64,000 bases of DNA from the NCBI GenBank assembly GCA_022605425.2, contig CM061248.1, forward strand, positions 62,001 to 126,000, read 5' to 3'. The stretch's first letter is position 1. Each line of letters starts with the position of its first letter. This stretch comes from Hamiltosporidium tvaerminnensis FI-OER-3-3. Taxonomy: Eukaryota > Fungi > Microsporidia. Position numbers and translations under genes: made by a program. Under the pieces are notes generated by a model. That model was not told the DNA's origin. It ran no database searches and saw only the letters and a program-made list of their open reading frames with translations. Shown piece after piece: positions 11,861-24,443 of this stretch.

Positions 11861-14559
11861 AAAAATTGATCATTTAATTCCTTTGCTAATAAAATTTGGT
11901 CATATATTGTATTTAAATTGAAAAATTAAATCTATGTTATTTTATGGACCATGGGAATCTTATTAAACACTTTATATTATTAAAAATCAAGATAAACAAC
12001 ATAATATTTAGTGGGAGAGATTGCCATAAATGAGTAAACAGAAATTCAACTTCTAATGGGCACCAAAGTGAGTAAAATTTCTATGATAATACCGAAGGTG
12101 CGTAAACTATGGCCAAAATAAAAGACTACAATCAGTGAAAAGTTAAATATAATATAAATTACAGTTAAAAATTGAAATATGTTTGTAAAAAAAAGCAAAT
12201 ACATACATTTTCAGTCTCTTTTACCTCTCGGAATCAAGAAGAAAACTGGAATTTTCATATATTTATTTTAATTGTTGTACCTCTGAATAAAGAAATCCCT
12301 TTGAGATCAAGTTCCTTTTATATCCAACCAAATGTCGACAATATTAATCACACTTTTGCCAAGAAGATGGTTTTTAATGTGTTTGTCGCTCTTCCACGCA
12401 AAAATATATCGAAATATTATTAATTTAACAGTATTTTTTAACATAATAATAAAAAATATTAGAAAATACAAAATATTCTTGTTTGTATAGTGAGCTAAAT
12501 CTGTTTTTTTATCTTTAATAAATATTTTATAATTAATATAGACTTACATTAAAATTAAAAATAATTGTAAATAAATATATCGTAGAGAGTTCTGATTATA
12601 TACTATTATATTTCAAATGATTTTATTTTTTTTATCAAAATCGATTTAATCATATTAGTGGGAAAATATATAAATTAAAAGGAAAACTATTAAAATACAA
12701 TTGATGAAATTTTTTAATAATTAACTTAAAATAATCGACTATATTTCATCCATAATTATTTTAAAATATTTAAATGCAACAACTAGATTAAATATTATTT
12801 GGCTGAAAAAATAATAGTCAGAAGCTTTAAAGTTACAATTTAAATCTCGATTCGATAAAATTCTGTATTTTTTTCTTTAAGTTTCGGAAAATTGGTTATT
12901 CTATCTTTGAAAGTATTAAATAAAAAAATTAAATATATTTTAATAAAACTCAAAGCAGCAAATATCAAATTATTTTTTTAAGAACAATATATCAATATTT
13001 CTTTATATAGAAAACTTAAACCACAGTTTTTTATTCGTTTTTATTTCAAAAATTTATTTTCTTTCAAATCTTGAAGCCGTGCTGAAATGAAATCTAATCT
13101 TTAATGATAAGATTTCATTTGAGCAAACAATTTTTTGAATTCTAATAACTTTGCTGACGAATAAAGTTCTAACGATATTTCAAGGTATACCGGTGTCTTA
13201 CTTAATTTCAAACTCGAATGCAGCTGATCTGCGTCGCGATATCTTGCTTAAAGCTATTTTATTCCACTTCAAAAATCGCGTTCGAACCAATTTAACGTAC
13301 TCTGTTACAATCCTAAATACTAACTCTGGTATGTAAAAGAAATATAAAAAGTAATTTTTAAACTCATTTAAATCAAACAATAATTAATGGATAAACGAAT
13401 AATTTAAACAGTTAGTTGAAAAAGTTCCTAATTTACAAATTATATTTCTATTATTTTTTTTTGATATGATAGTCCTCGAAAGATTTTCCAATATAAATGA
13501 ATCTCAGCTTCTATGTAAAATTAAGTGGTTTCCTTTTATCATAATTTTTGAAGATCTTGCATTGTTTTATAGTTTCCATCCTAAAAATAGAATTAATTGT
13601 TTGACAATAGTTACAAAAAACATCCTTATGCTCAATAAATTAATGTAAATACTGGCATATGGTTAGATAATTTGAAAATATTTTTTCATAGATGATTTGC
13701 TCAAAAAATGTATAAATACATCAAAGGTTTCCAAATTGTAAATAGAAAATGACGCATTATTATATCCGGCTACTGAATTTCATACAATAAATTTTAAGTC
13801 AGAATCTATAAAATATTTAAAATATATTTAATTTAATTATACCGTAAATAAATCACTATTTTTTCACAACTGACACTTCAATTGATATTTCTGTTTTACT
13901 ATTTTTATGGATTTCATATCTCATTATAAAATAAAAATAATATAGATTTTGTCTTCCTAGAATCCTTCTCTTCGTTTTTATGTATTATCTTAAAAATAAG
14001 ATTGGTATATTTTATCTTTTTCTATGATCATATTTGTATTTTAATTAATATCAAGATTAACTCTTAAATATTATACATTCCTGCGATGAAAAAAGACTAA
14101 AGAAGTCTCCAATGTAGCAAGAACAAATACATGCTACAATTAAACCATATTTTTCTGCTTTATATTTAAATATAAGAACTTGGTAATAATATCATTCAAA
14201 GTATAATTAAATTAGTAATTTATTTTATATTAATAAATAAAACTACCTGATTTATCATACATTTATACTATAATTCTAAAGTTTTTATGTTGTGATTTAA
14301 ACTTGGTTTGGCTTTAATTTAAATAAGTCTTTCTACGTTAAATTAAAACCATTTTTTTATCTTTATTTTCTGTCTAATGTACACCCTTTTCATTTATCAA
14401 TATACAGTAAATTTTTTATGAATACGAACACATATGTTTTAACAAAATTATTCAAATATAAACGTGGTAATTTAAAGAGTTTTTCTGGGTATAAAAGAGT
14501 ATATTTTAAACATATGGCTAAGGTATTTCATACAAAAGTGCCTATTTAAAACAAAAAAA

Positions 14560-15780
14560 TCAAATTTACGAATCTATAGTCAAAAAAATTTGGGCGCTTC
14601 TATTCAGTGTTCATCATGCTGTAAATGAGACTGTAAGGAAGCCAAGACTCGTTTTATCATAGACATAACAAGTTTTCTCGCAAAAGGAGTAAAGTTTCAT
14701 TACAAATTTCGATTAATTTTTACTTTCTTTTCACATTTTTAAAAGTATAAAGATGCACCTATTTTTTCATATAATCTTAAAAATGTTCTATTTTTAAAAA
14801 TTACGTGATTAGCATAGCCAAGAAAGTATTTAATTTCTTTTTTTAATGAAAATATTCCACAGAAACCCTTGATTTATGTTTGATATATTATCTTGCTAAA
14901 AAATACTCGTCTAAACCCATGTTTCTAGCAGATGATTCCAAAATTTTGCAAGAGTATTAATATATTAAAAACAGACCATACAAATATGAACAAATGCCAA
15001 ATTTCCAGCATTGAGAAATTAAATACCTACTAAAACCATGATATTTCGTCTTTCATCGATACAAAAACCTTACTATCTAAATTTAACAGCTCGAACTTGC
15101 ATTTATCACTAAATATTGTCGTTTTCCAATCGTCATTTGAAATCGATAAAAAAAATAGTTTTGAAATGTTAAATCTAGCAACCATATTTTTTCCCCACCA
15201 TTTCGGGAGCAAAATTAGTTTAGAGTATTCTCTTATTGTCGTAAGAGGCGACTAAAAGGAACTGGTTCTCCATGTTGGGGTTGGGCGTAGGGCTAAGAAC
15301 CCATCCGTTAAAACCAACTTGTACCAAGCCAAAAAAATACACAAATCTATTGGAATGAGACTGGTAGGCGGTATTTCTGAGTGGAGCCAAGGCTCGTACA
15401 AGGCTGTAGTGCCGAAAATGAGGAACAATATTTTTTCATGACAAAAAAGCTTTTTGAGAAAGAGAAGGGGCATGGATACCGACTTTATTTGGGTAATTTC
15501 TTAAAGTCTGGACGGTATCTTTTTTATTTCATAGCCCCAGAAATTTTTTTGTAATTTCTGCCGGACTAATTTTAGATTTTTTTCTTCTAGAATCAGAAAT
15601 TCCATTAATAACGGTAATATTTAAAAGAAATAAGGTCGTAAGATACATTGAATATTCTTATAATGTTTATATATAGACTTCTGTACAGCATCATGGACTG
15701 TAGACCTATCTATTTGAAGCAATTCAGAATTTTATTTGAATTTAATTTTAAGCTTAACTCCAATATAGCATCTTTTTTCT
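14560..15780 (-). mobile_element. Decayed Tc1-like transposase, interrupted by an RTE-derived insert
   Basis: DDWKTTIFSDKCKFEL (WxxVIFSDESKF), AGNLAFV, F*QDN (FQQDN) and a WP.QSP-like remnant. A KKPLLS..N / RL.FA-like segment is split by the 15229-15425 insert. Confidence 0.65.
15229..15425 (+). mobile_element. ~200-bp bipartite non-autonomous RTE derivative (RTE 5' motifs fused to an RTE 3' end)
   Basis: GC-rich island. TGTCGTAAGAGGCGACTAAA and CTGGTTCTCCATGTTGGGGTTGGGCGTAGGGCTAAGAACCC (RTE 5'-region motifs) are followed by GGAGCCAAGGCTCGTACAAGGCTGTAGTGCC (RTE 3' terminus, similar to 47680-47712 rc). Confidence 0.65.
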
Positions 15781-17310
15781 CGACTGATTAAATATAACAC
15801 ATTGAACGGGGATTTAAACCCGATAAGAAATAATTACTTGATCTATGATACAAAATAGTTAATAATTTTGAGGTGTGCGGATTTATTTGACATTTTAAGA
15901 ATATATATGTACAAATGTATCACTAAAGATTAAAAACAAACTCACAAAAGAACAATATAGATATACAATATTAGGAATCATTATTTACTAAAAATGATTT
16001 CGAATTTCTATTAAAAATATAGGAAAATTTAGAATTTTTAGAGTGTACGGATTCTCTTGATATACTATATGTCCTTGGCCTTCTATTTTCGTTCAAAATA
16101 CTGTCACTTACCATACAATTGAAATGTGTGTTCAAAATAATAACAAAAAAGTTTTCTTACTTTTGTTGAATTTTATTTCGTTATATGCTGTTTTCTATCC
16201 GTTTATTTTATGAGCTGTTTAAAATTAAAAAAGTGTAACAAAACATTAAAGTTTAATACTGAACATCCCATAGCCGAGTATAAATTTTTTCTACTTAAAA
16301 TGCTTCTTAGTCTTGCTTTATTATTTGTATATTTTCGGTATAAAAATTAACAGTAAACTAAACAACGTAAATTTTATGTTTTAAAAACTCGCTTTAACAT
16401 TTTACACCTTTATCGCAAATATTTTGACATTTAAAATATGACTTATAATTCCACTGTCGCCTCTACAGAGACAAAACTGTTTTACTACCTCAGCGTACTG
16501 ATACAGGCTTTTATCTTAATATGTTTATGGTTATATTACAAAAGTATATAATACACATTTATTGAAACCAAAAATATTCAGGAAATAAAATTTTAAGCTC
16601 CTGTGCTGGTAAGATGAAAGTGATAGATTTTAGGGGAAATTGTATAATAGGTGGCCTAGAAGATTAACTTTTTTTGTTTTACAGTCAGAACCTAAGGGAT
16701 TGATTAAGGTTATTGAAAAAGATTCAGTCTTTGTCGATGTCGAGATAAGAATTGTGAAAAAAAATGAAAGATTAAGTAGTTGGATAAGCTGCTGAATTCG
16801 AAGCCGCATATACTACAGACAAAGAATAATCGATTGATTTTTTTTCAAAGTGTTACATTTTTAAAATATCAATTTTTCTCTTTTTTTTGTAAATATATTT
16901 GTATCCAATTTAAGGTTGAAATTATTAGATAACTTTTAGATTTACCCTTCTAGAGTACTAAGTATTAACAAAGATTAAACTCAAAACGTCGGAAGTTGAA
17001 ATCCTATTACGTATATTAGGTATCAGCAACATAGTATGTCATATGTGTTATAAAATTATTTTAGTAATTAATTGCATGCGAAAATTCAAATTTGTAATAA
17101 AGCTTTTATTTTGGTCACATCAGATTAGTATGCGTATATTCTTTTCAATATTATATTTTAATTTTAATATTCCCAAATATAAATTTTGTAAACATATTAC
17201 AATATATTTCCACATTATATATGAATGTTTGTTTTCTTGCTTTGTTTATTTCTGCATTTTAATTTTCGTAATGAATTAAATTTTTTATAGAAGCAGTATT
17301 AGAGTTTTTT

Positions 17311-17440
17311 TTATTATCATAAGTTTTTCGAATATAGAATATGAAAGTATTTTGCATTAGAATACTCTTTATAGTTTATCATCATAAGTTTTTCGAACAT
17401 AGAATATGAAAGTATTTTGCATATGAATACTCTTTATTGT
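17311..17440. repeat. 65-bp tandem duplication
   Basis: ATCATAAGTTTTTCGAA at 17316 and 17381; a diverged partial copy lies near 17953. Confidence 0.85.
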
Positions 17441-19316
17441 ATATTATCTTGTTTCTTTGCTTTATTACCTTTCATAATAAAATTTTAAATTTCAAATATA
17501 AAACTGTAAAAATTTTATCTTTGTTGAATATATTTATGATTCTTATTATTTTTAATTTGTCAGGTTTAAATAATATATATTACACTTTTCTTATAATTGA
17601 TTAGATATAGTCAGAATACAATATAATTTTTTTTACTTCAAGTCATATATAATTCATGTTTTTTCTATTTTTACTAATGGATTTATTTGGATAATTCCAT
17701 TTCTATGATCTTAATTAAAGTATTACACTCATTCGATCTATAAAACTCCAATTCTTTGTAGTTTGACAAGTATTTTTACATTTATTTTGTAAATTCGGTT
17801 ATTTTCATAAATAGATAATTTAAATATCATTTTTTGCTTTATAAAACATATTTAAGTGTTGTTTTTAAGTTTATTAACCATGCTTTAGTAAATAAACTGA
17901 TAAGAAACACGGGTTAAAATCTCTATAATTTAGAACCATTATAAAATTTAAGAATCATAAGTTTTGAAATATAGAATGATTAAACGTATAAAATCGGTCG
18001 ACATATCTTTAGATAATATTCAGAGTATTATATGTGCTTCTTTAAAAGTTTATGTTCTGTATATTTGATGCTGGTAATATCAATACAACTTTGTTAGAGT
18101 TTTTTGATTTATCATTTTTAATTTTATGACTTGTAATATTATCAGATTTTACTATATCCAATCAAGAGTATTCTAACAATTACGATTGTTATGTTTCAGG
18201 ATAATACGATGCATGCTGTTATGAAAATTTAATTTCCTTATTAACATACATTCAGGGCATAATTATACATTAGACTTCTTCATAACTGCTAATTGAACAA
18301 AAAATTTTTTTCCACAGCTTTAAAATGAAAGCAATAATGATTTTCTAAAAAGCTTTTGGAAGTAAATTAATTTCTTTTGTTGGAGTGTAGACCAGGAAAA
18401 ATAAGATGTTTTAATCTATAAAATTATATTTTGCGCTAATTTGTATACAAATTATATATCGCTTTGGCTCGTTGTTTATAATTAGCATTACTATTTGATT
18501 ATATGATATTTCGGGAATTTATCGATTAGAATATAATTAAATCAACTTAAATGATTTCAAGATTTAAAATTCTAATATTGTTTAATGTAAATTTTTTAGA
18601 TTTGAATTTAAAAACACCATTTTTTCTGTATTTTTTATAGCACTTTCGTTATTTTTGCACCAGGTTGGATATTTCATATTATGCATCATAACTTTATTAA
18701 TAATTATTTTAAGCAAACAGTGTATTATCTTTGATTTAGACTCTCAAACTAGCTTATATCCTTACTATACCTTTTTTATTTTGGTATTATTGATTTCTCC
18801 TTTGTTTTTGTGTCGTAGAGGCTTTAATTAAACTATTTCACTGTATTTTACAGACAAATTCGTTATCATAAAAACCAATTCAAAGTCTTTTTCTTTTTGT
18901 ATATTTTAACCAGTCAAGTAAAAATGGTAAAATTACATGTGGATTTCTTGTAAAAATGAATTCAATATAAAAGATATAATGATAAGTAACGTAATACATT
19001 GATCAAAACATAGAAATATATGTGCGAAATTACTTTAAGAGTTCATAAAAATCCAACTTAATAGTGTTTAAGTTACTATTGAAATTACATTTTTTTATGA
19101 ATCGCTGAATTATTAGCTCGCTGATTAAGTTTACCCGCTTTTATAAATAATTCTATCATCGTAAATAATCAGCATATTTTACTGTCTAGTATTGCAGTTT
19201 TTTAGATTCAAAATTGTACCTGCACATCTACTTTCTTCATTTTATAAATCTTTATATATTTTCACATTTATATTTTCTAAATTGTGCTATATTACTATTT
19301 ATATGAACAGCCCTAT

Positions 19317-20147
19317 ATGATTATAGATATAGCAATGAATATAGCAGACAAAGCTTTTCAAAACGATGTGGAAAATGTTATTGAAAGAACGTTTAAAAAC
19401 AACATTATACCTTTTTTTGTTGGAACAAACTATGAAACTTCTATTCAATGTATAAATTATGCAGATAAATACAACACATTTTCTTACGCAGGAATACATC
19501 CTGTAAACGCCACCAAGAACAAATCAGATATTAAAATGTTTCCACTTCGTCATTCTAAGGTCATCGGTATAGGAGAATGTGGATTGGATTATGACAGACT
19601 GCTATATACAAGTAAAGAAGATCAGAAATGTATTTTTAAAGAGCAACTGGAATTCAAAGAACATTTATATTTTTTGCACAGCCGAAACTGTCACAGAGAT
19701 TTTATGGAAATATTATCTGACTATAATATAAATGGAGTAGTTCATTCATTTACAGGTACCTGTGAAGAAATGAAAGATATTATTAAAAAAGGTCTTTATA
19801 TTGGAATAAATGGATGTTCTCTTAAATACGAAGAAAATCTTGAATTTATTAAAGAAGTTCCACTCGAAAGAGTTCTATTAGAAACAGATGCTCCTTATTG
19901 TAAAATAAGTAAAAGCTATGCCGGATACAAATATGTTCAAACATTTTTTAAAGAAAACAAAAAAGGATTCGGATGTCTTAAAAAAGGTAGAAACGAGCCT
20001 GTGAATATCAGACAGGTTCTTGAAGTCTTTTGCTATTTAAAAGAGTTATGTCCGTTAGAAACTGAAAATTTTCTTTTAGAAAATGCATGTAAATTATTTG
20101 GAAGTAAACTTGAAACGCTAATTAAAGAAAAATCAAAAATAACTTAA
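19317..20147 (+). CDS. TATD: TatD family DNase
   Basis: Motifs MIIDIAMN, AGIHP, IGIGECGLDYDR, FLHSR, GVVHSFTG, LLETDAPY and RNEP. CCCTAT-ATG at 19317 is the likely start. Confidence 0.95.
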   Translation: MIIDIAMNIADKAFQNDVENVIERTFKNNIIPFFVGTNYETSIQCINYADKYNTFSYAGIHPVNATKNKSDIKMFPLRHSKVIGIGECGLDYDRLLYTSKEDQKCIFKEQLEFKEHLYFLHSRNCHRDFMEILSDYNINGVVHSFTGTCEEMKDIIKKGLYIGINGCSLKYEENLEFIKEVPLERVLLETDAPYCKISKSYAGYKYVQTFFKENKKGFGCLKKGRNEPVNIRQVLEVFCYLKELCPLETENFLLENACKLFGSKLETLIKEKSKIT

Positions 20148-20345
20148 AATCATATTTACCTCTAACCAAACTTAATGGATATATAGAGTTTCAGTATATA
20201 TTCTTTCCCTCTAATTTAAAAGATTTTCTTAAAAGTATTTTTGATTTAAAATTTTCCGTACAAAATATTTACATCTGTTTAAACTTAAATTTTCAATTTC
20301 TAACAGAATCTCAGTAAATTTTTAAATTTTAATGTTGATTTACTC

Positions 20346-20652
20346 ATAATAATATACGTATTCATTTAAATTTAAATTGTTAATCAAAGTAAAATATATT
20401 TTTAATAATTAAATTATATTTAATATAATAATGATATACGTATTAATTTAAATTTAAAACGGTTAATCAAAATAAAATATTTTTTATAACTTAATTACAT
20501 TTAATATAATAATGATATACTTATTTATTTAAATTTAAATTGTTAATCAAAATAAAATATTTTTTATAACTTAATTACATTTAATATAATAATGATATAC
20601 TTATTTATTTAAATTTAAATTGTTAATCAAAATAAAATATATTTTTAATAAT
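20346..20652. repeat. ~80-bp AT-rich tandem repeat, ~3.8 copies
   Basis: Unit ...AATGATATACTTATTTATTTAAATTTAAATTGTTAATCAAAATAAAATAT... Confidence 0.9.
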
Positions 20653-20964
20653 CAAATATAATACAGTTTTTTCTGACTTTAATTGCTTTATTAGATATTT
20701 TTTACTTTAAAGTAAATTATTTTCATGAATTTGAGCCATTAAAGTTATGTTATGTATTTATACTTTGAGATTTACCAATATTGGTATTATATCGATTAAA
20801 AAAATCTTCCAAATTGAAAAGTATAATTATCAGTAATACTTAATTAAAAATTTCTTATCTAGATATATTACATTACCTGATTCTCTTATATAAGTATTTT
20901 TGGTAATTAACCTTGAATTCAATCCACAAATTCGATCAAAAAAAATTTCGAGCATATATTTGCG

Positions 20965-21150
20965 TAATATATATTATATGTAGTAAGTATTGTATAGTAT
21001 ATCTAATATGTATAATATGTGGTATATATATTATATATTGTATATCTAATATGTAGTATATCTAATATGTATAGTATGTATAGTATGTATAGTATATGTA
21101 GTATGTATTGTATATTTGTATATTTAAGTATGTATAGTATATTTGTATAT
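20965..21150. repeat. Degenerate TATAGTATG-type low-complexity microsatellite
   Basis: Repeated GTATA/GTATGTATA units, almost C-free on the + strand. Confidence 0.8.
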
Positions 21151-21314
21151 TTTTTTTTATAAATATCAATAAATTATTGAGGTAAGTTATACGATATTTT
21201 TGTAAAAATATAATTCTAAGTAATCACAACGATTTTATCTAAAACCAAATCTATAAAAGATCTTTTTTTTAAACAAACTTTCCTTTTTTGGAATTATATT
21301 CTATAAAATTTAAA

Positions 21315-21460
21315 AAATAAAATTTTAATGACTTTTAAATTCTATGATAGTAAAAATTAGAAAATTTTTGAAAAAAATCTATAAAATAAAATTAAATGAC
21401 TTTTAAATTCTATGATAGTAAAAATTAGAAAATTTTTGAAAAAAATCTATAAAATAAAAA
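21315..21460. repeat. 68-bp tandem duplication
   Basis: AATGACTTTTAAATTCTATGATAGTAAAAATTAGAAAATTTTTGAAAAAAATCTATAAAATAAAA x2. Confidence 0.9.
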
Positions 21461-21556
21461 TTAGAAATTTTCGAAAATAAAAAAAAAAATTATTCAAATA
21501 TTTCTCGTAAAAAAAAGATTAAAAATAAAGAAATTAAAACTATATTTATAAGATTT

Positions 21557-22747
21557 TTAGTTTCTACGTATAGAATAGGAAACCAAGAATGTATTTCCTT
21601 TTAAACCGAGTGCTTCTACAGAATATACAGAATCTCTTTCTATCACACAAATACTGTCTTTCTTAATATCTACTTCAATTCCATTATTGACAATTTTTAA
21701 ATGTCCTTTGATTATATAAAGACTGAAATCTTGAGGAGAAATTTCTTTAACAATTTTTGCACCAAATTCCATAAAAATTATGGCTGTTTCGAGTGAATTG
21801 GTTGATATTAGAGGTACCAAGGTATTATTTCTTTTGGAAAGTTTTTTTATGTTTGATACAGTAAACTTAGAATTTTCAGTAAATGATGAAGAATAAATTT
21901 CTTTTTGTTCAAAAATACTTGAATTATTAGAACTTGGGATTTCAAATAAGTGTTTACCAGATTTGATTTTATGTGTAGAAGTCTTTTTATCGTGAACACT
22001 CAATTTTTTTTCTTTTTTGTGTTTTTTATTCCTCGTTTTTTCATCTTTTAAATTATAAATTGATTTATTTTTTTTATTTGGACTAAAATTTGCAACTTTC
22101 ATTGTTGTGAAATCAAAGTTTGAAATCGATTTTTTTATTTTCTTATCTTTTTTTTCTGATTGTGTTTCACTCGATGTCTCTAAAATTGAAAGGTCATACT
22201 GTAAATTTTTTGAAATAAAATTTTTTTCATTTTCTTTAAATTCTGAATTTGTAGTTAAAATATTTTCTGAATTTTCATTTTGAAATTTTTCATCAGGAAT
22301 CGCGGACGAATTAGCAAGTTGAAGATCAGATTCCATTTCTTGTAAATTTGTGTCATTTAAAACGATTGAAGAAGAATTATTTATATTAAAAGAAATATTA
22401 TTTATGCTTTTATCATTTATATCTTCATTTTCTTGATCTTGTTTTTCTATATCATTTCCAGTAATCTCTTCAGAATCTTCTGATTTATGAATTGTATCTT
22501 CTTTCTGTTCAAAAGGTGTTTCTTCTTCTTTTATTTTATTTTCTTCATTTAAATTGCAATCTGAAAATCCATCAACAGAAGATGACTTTTCAAGTTCTTC
22601 AGCTGCAATCTTCCAATACTCATCTATATTTTCGAGATGATCTTCGTCAAGTTTGATAAATTTACCAAAATCTTTTTGTATTTCTTTTTTGTTCAAAGCA
22701 AAAGCTTTACTTTCTCTTCTATGTAATGGTTTATAGGTTCTTCGCAT
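21557..22747 (-). CDS. MIF2: Mif2/CENP-C-like inner kinetochore protein (396 aa)
   Basis: CCCTTA-ATG start at 22747 (MRRTYKPL...). Mif2_N-like DEDHLENIDEYW, a long disordered acidic/basic middle, and a C-terminal cupin fold (FSLYIIKGHLKIV...YSVE). Confidence 0.7.
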   Translation of the reverse strand: MRRTYKPLHRRESKAFALNKKEIQKDFGKFIKLDEDHLENIDEYWKIAAEELEKSSSVDGFSDCNLNEENKIKEEETPFEQKEDTIHKSEDSEEITGNDIEKQDQENEDINDKSINNISFNINNSSSIVLNDTNLQEMESDLQLANSSAIPDEKFQNENSENILTTNSEFKENEKNFISKNLQYDLSILETSSETQSEKKDKKIKKSISNFDFTTMKVANFSPNKKNKSIYNLKDEKTRNKKHKKEKKLSVHDKKTSTHKIKSGKHLFEIPSSNNSSIFEQKEIYSSSFTENSKFTVSNIKKLSKRNNTLVPLISTNSLETAIIFMEFGAKIVKEISPQDFSLYIIKGHLKIVNNGIEVDIKKDSICVIERDSVYSVEALGLKGNTFLVSYSIRRN

Positions 22748-24443
22748 TAAGGGTTTACAATATTTTAATTGAAAAATTATTTTTATTAAAATAAAAATTG
22801 GGAAAGAAAATAAAAGATTTAAAAAAAATTTGACTATCAAGACTAAATAATGAGATATTAAAGAAAACTTAAAGTTCAAAATTATAAAAACATTTAAAAA
22901 AAAAACCATTTGCTTTTAAAAACCGATAAATTTCAAATTATATTTTTTGAGATTATTATATTAATTTCTTGGGAACAAACTTAAAGCTCTGTTCCTGTTA
23001 ACAATGTGAATTCTAAGTTTTTAAACTTCTTGGTGGTATATTCTCTGATTTATCAAAATAATAAATCGCTTCTATAAATGCGAAATATTTATATATAAGA
23101 AGACCATATATGATTTTATGTATGTTCTAAATAAAAAACTTCGTAATTTAATCTGTTTATAGGAATCGAGTTCAAATCGGCTCTATAAAGACTTAAATCT
23201 GTCTATCAAATATATCTAATAATTATTTAATAAGATATGTTGGTGTGAAAAGGACGTATCAGTTAATTTGGTATAAAAATAATTTAGACAAATAATATTA
23301 AAAGCAATTGTAACGTACGATAAAGTATTTAGTCGGTTTTATGAATAATTTTTAGATTCTTTTTGATAGATTAGAATCTATTGTATTGTAGAAAGAAATT
23401 CAATAAAAAGATAGTAAACGTTAGTACTAATCTGAAAATAGTCGATAAAGTTGTAAGTAAAATCCTATTGTTTTTAATAAATAATAGCTCAAGATAAATA
23501 AATAAATTATATACCCAAGACAATTTGAGGAGCTGTCACACCTATCATACAAGCTAAATTTTTATCTTACGACGAACTACCAAAAAAATTATTCGAAATT
23601 TACATTAAATCACAGATACATAAAGAAGTGAAGAGTATCAGCTGTCCGATTCAATCTATGAATTAAAGAAATGTCTTGCTTTATCAAAAAATATTTGATA
23701 ATATTATTTTTCGAGGTAAATACGATACCAAATAATTTTTTGGTTATTTAGGATTACTAAGTCTTCGAATACTATTTTCAAGGAACTTATGAAGCTTATA
23801 ATCAGAATAAAAAGGAATGAGAAGTATATTCTTATAATATTGAATGGTATTTTTAGTTAGGAAATATCTTGGTGTTTTAATTTAGGGTATTTTAATTCTC
23901 CTACAGTTCATCCTTTTGCGTCCATATTTGAAAATTACTTTATTATTTCCAATCTTTATATATTATTCCTAGGCATTTCTGCCTATTTTTGGGGCTTATT
24001 ATTTAACACTACAATGTAAATTGTTTTGAATTATTTTAACCGACTTTCTGATATCTTGATAATCATATAATTTCTATAAATAAGTGATATAATATTTAAA
24101 ATTTGAAAATGAACTATATGTTTGCCCAAAGGCTCAATATTCGCTTTTACCGACTCATTAAATCCAGTAATAATGAAATATATCCAATCATAGACCTTTT
24201 AAATTTAAGTAGTAAAAGTGAAAATGTGGTTCTAATTAATCTGATTAACACACAATTGTTTATTTAATTGGACTTATTTATATAATTCAGCCAAACCTAA
24301 AAACAATTTTTGTAAACCAATCTTCATTAATTCTTTATATTACAAAAAAAATGAATCTTCATGTAAGAAATTTAGAATAAAAGTTATTATAAATGGTTTT
24401 GGTAATGGATATTTGTTTTATATTATTTATTTAGTTTCAAAAC

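Noticed and set aside
12086-12110. AATACCGAAGGTGCG, similar to AATACCAGAAGGTTGCG near 30919
   Set aside because: Short match with indels and no extension; compatible with chance.
18230-18900. Possible pogo/Tc1 relic on the minus strand
   Set aside because: Motif remnants are too weak to support a call.
20346-20652. Periodic repeats as a possible CRISPR array
   Set aside because: Head-to-tail units without unique spacers, eukaryotic context, and no cas genes.
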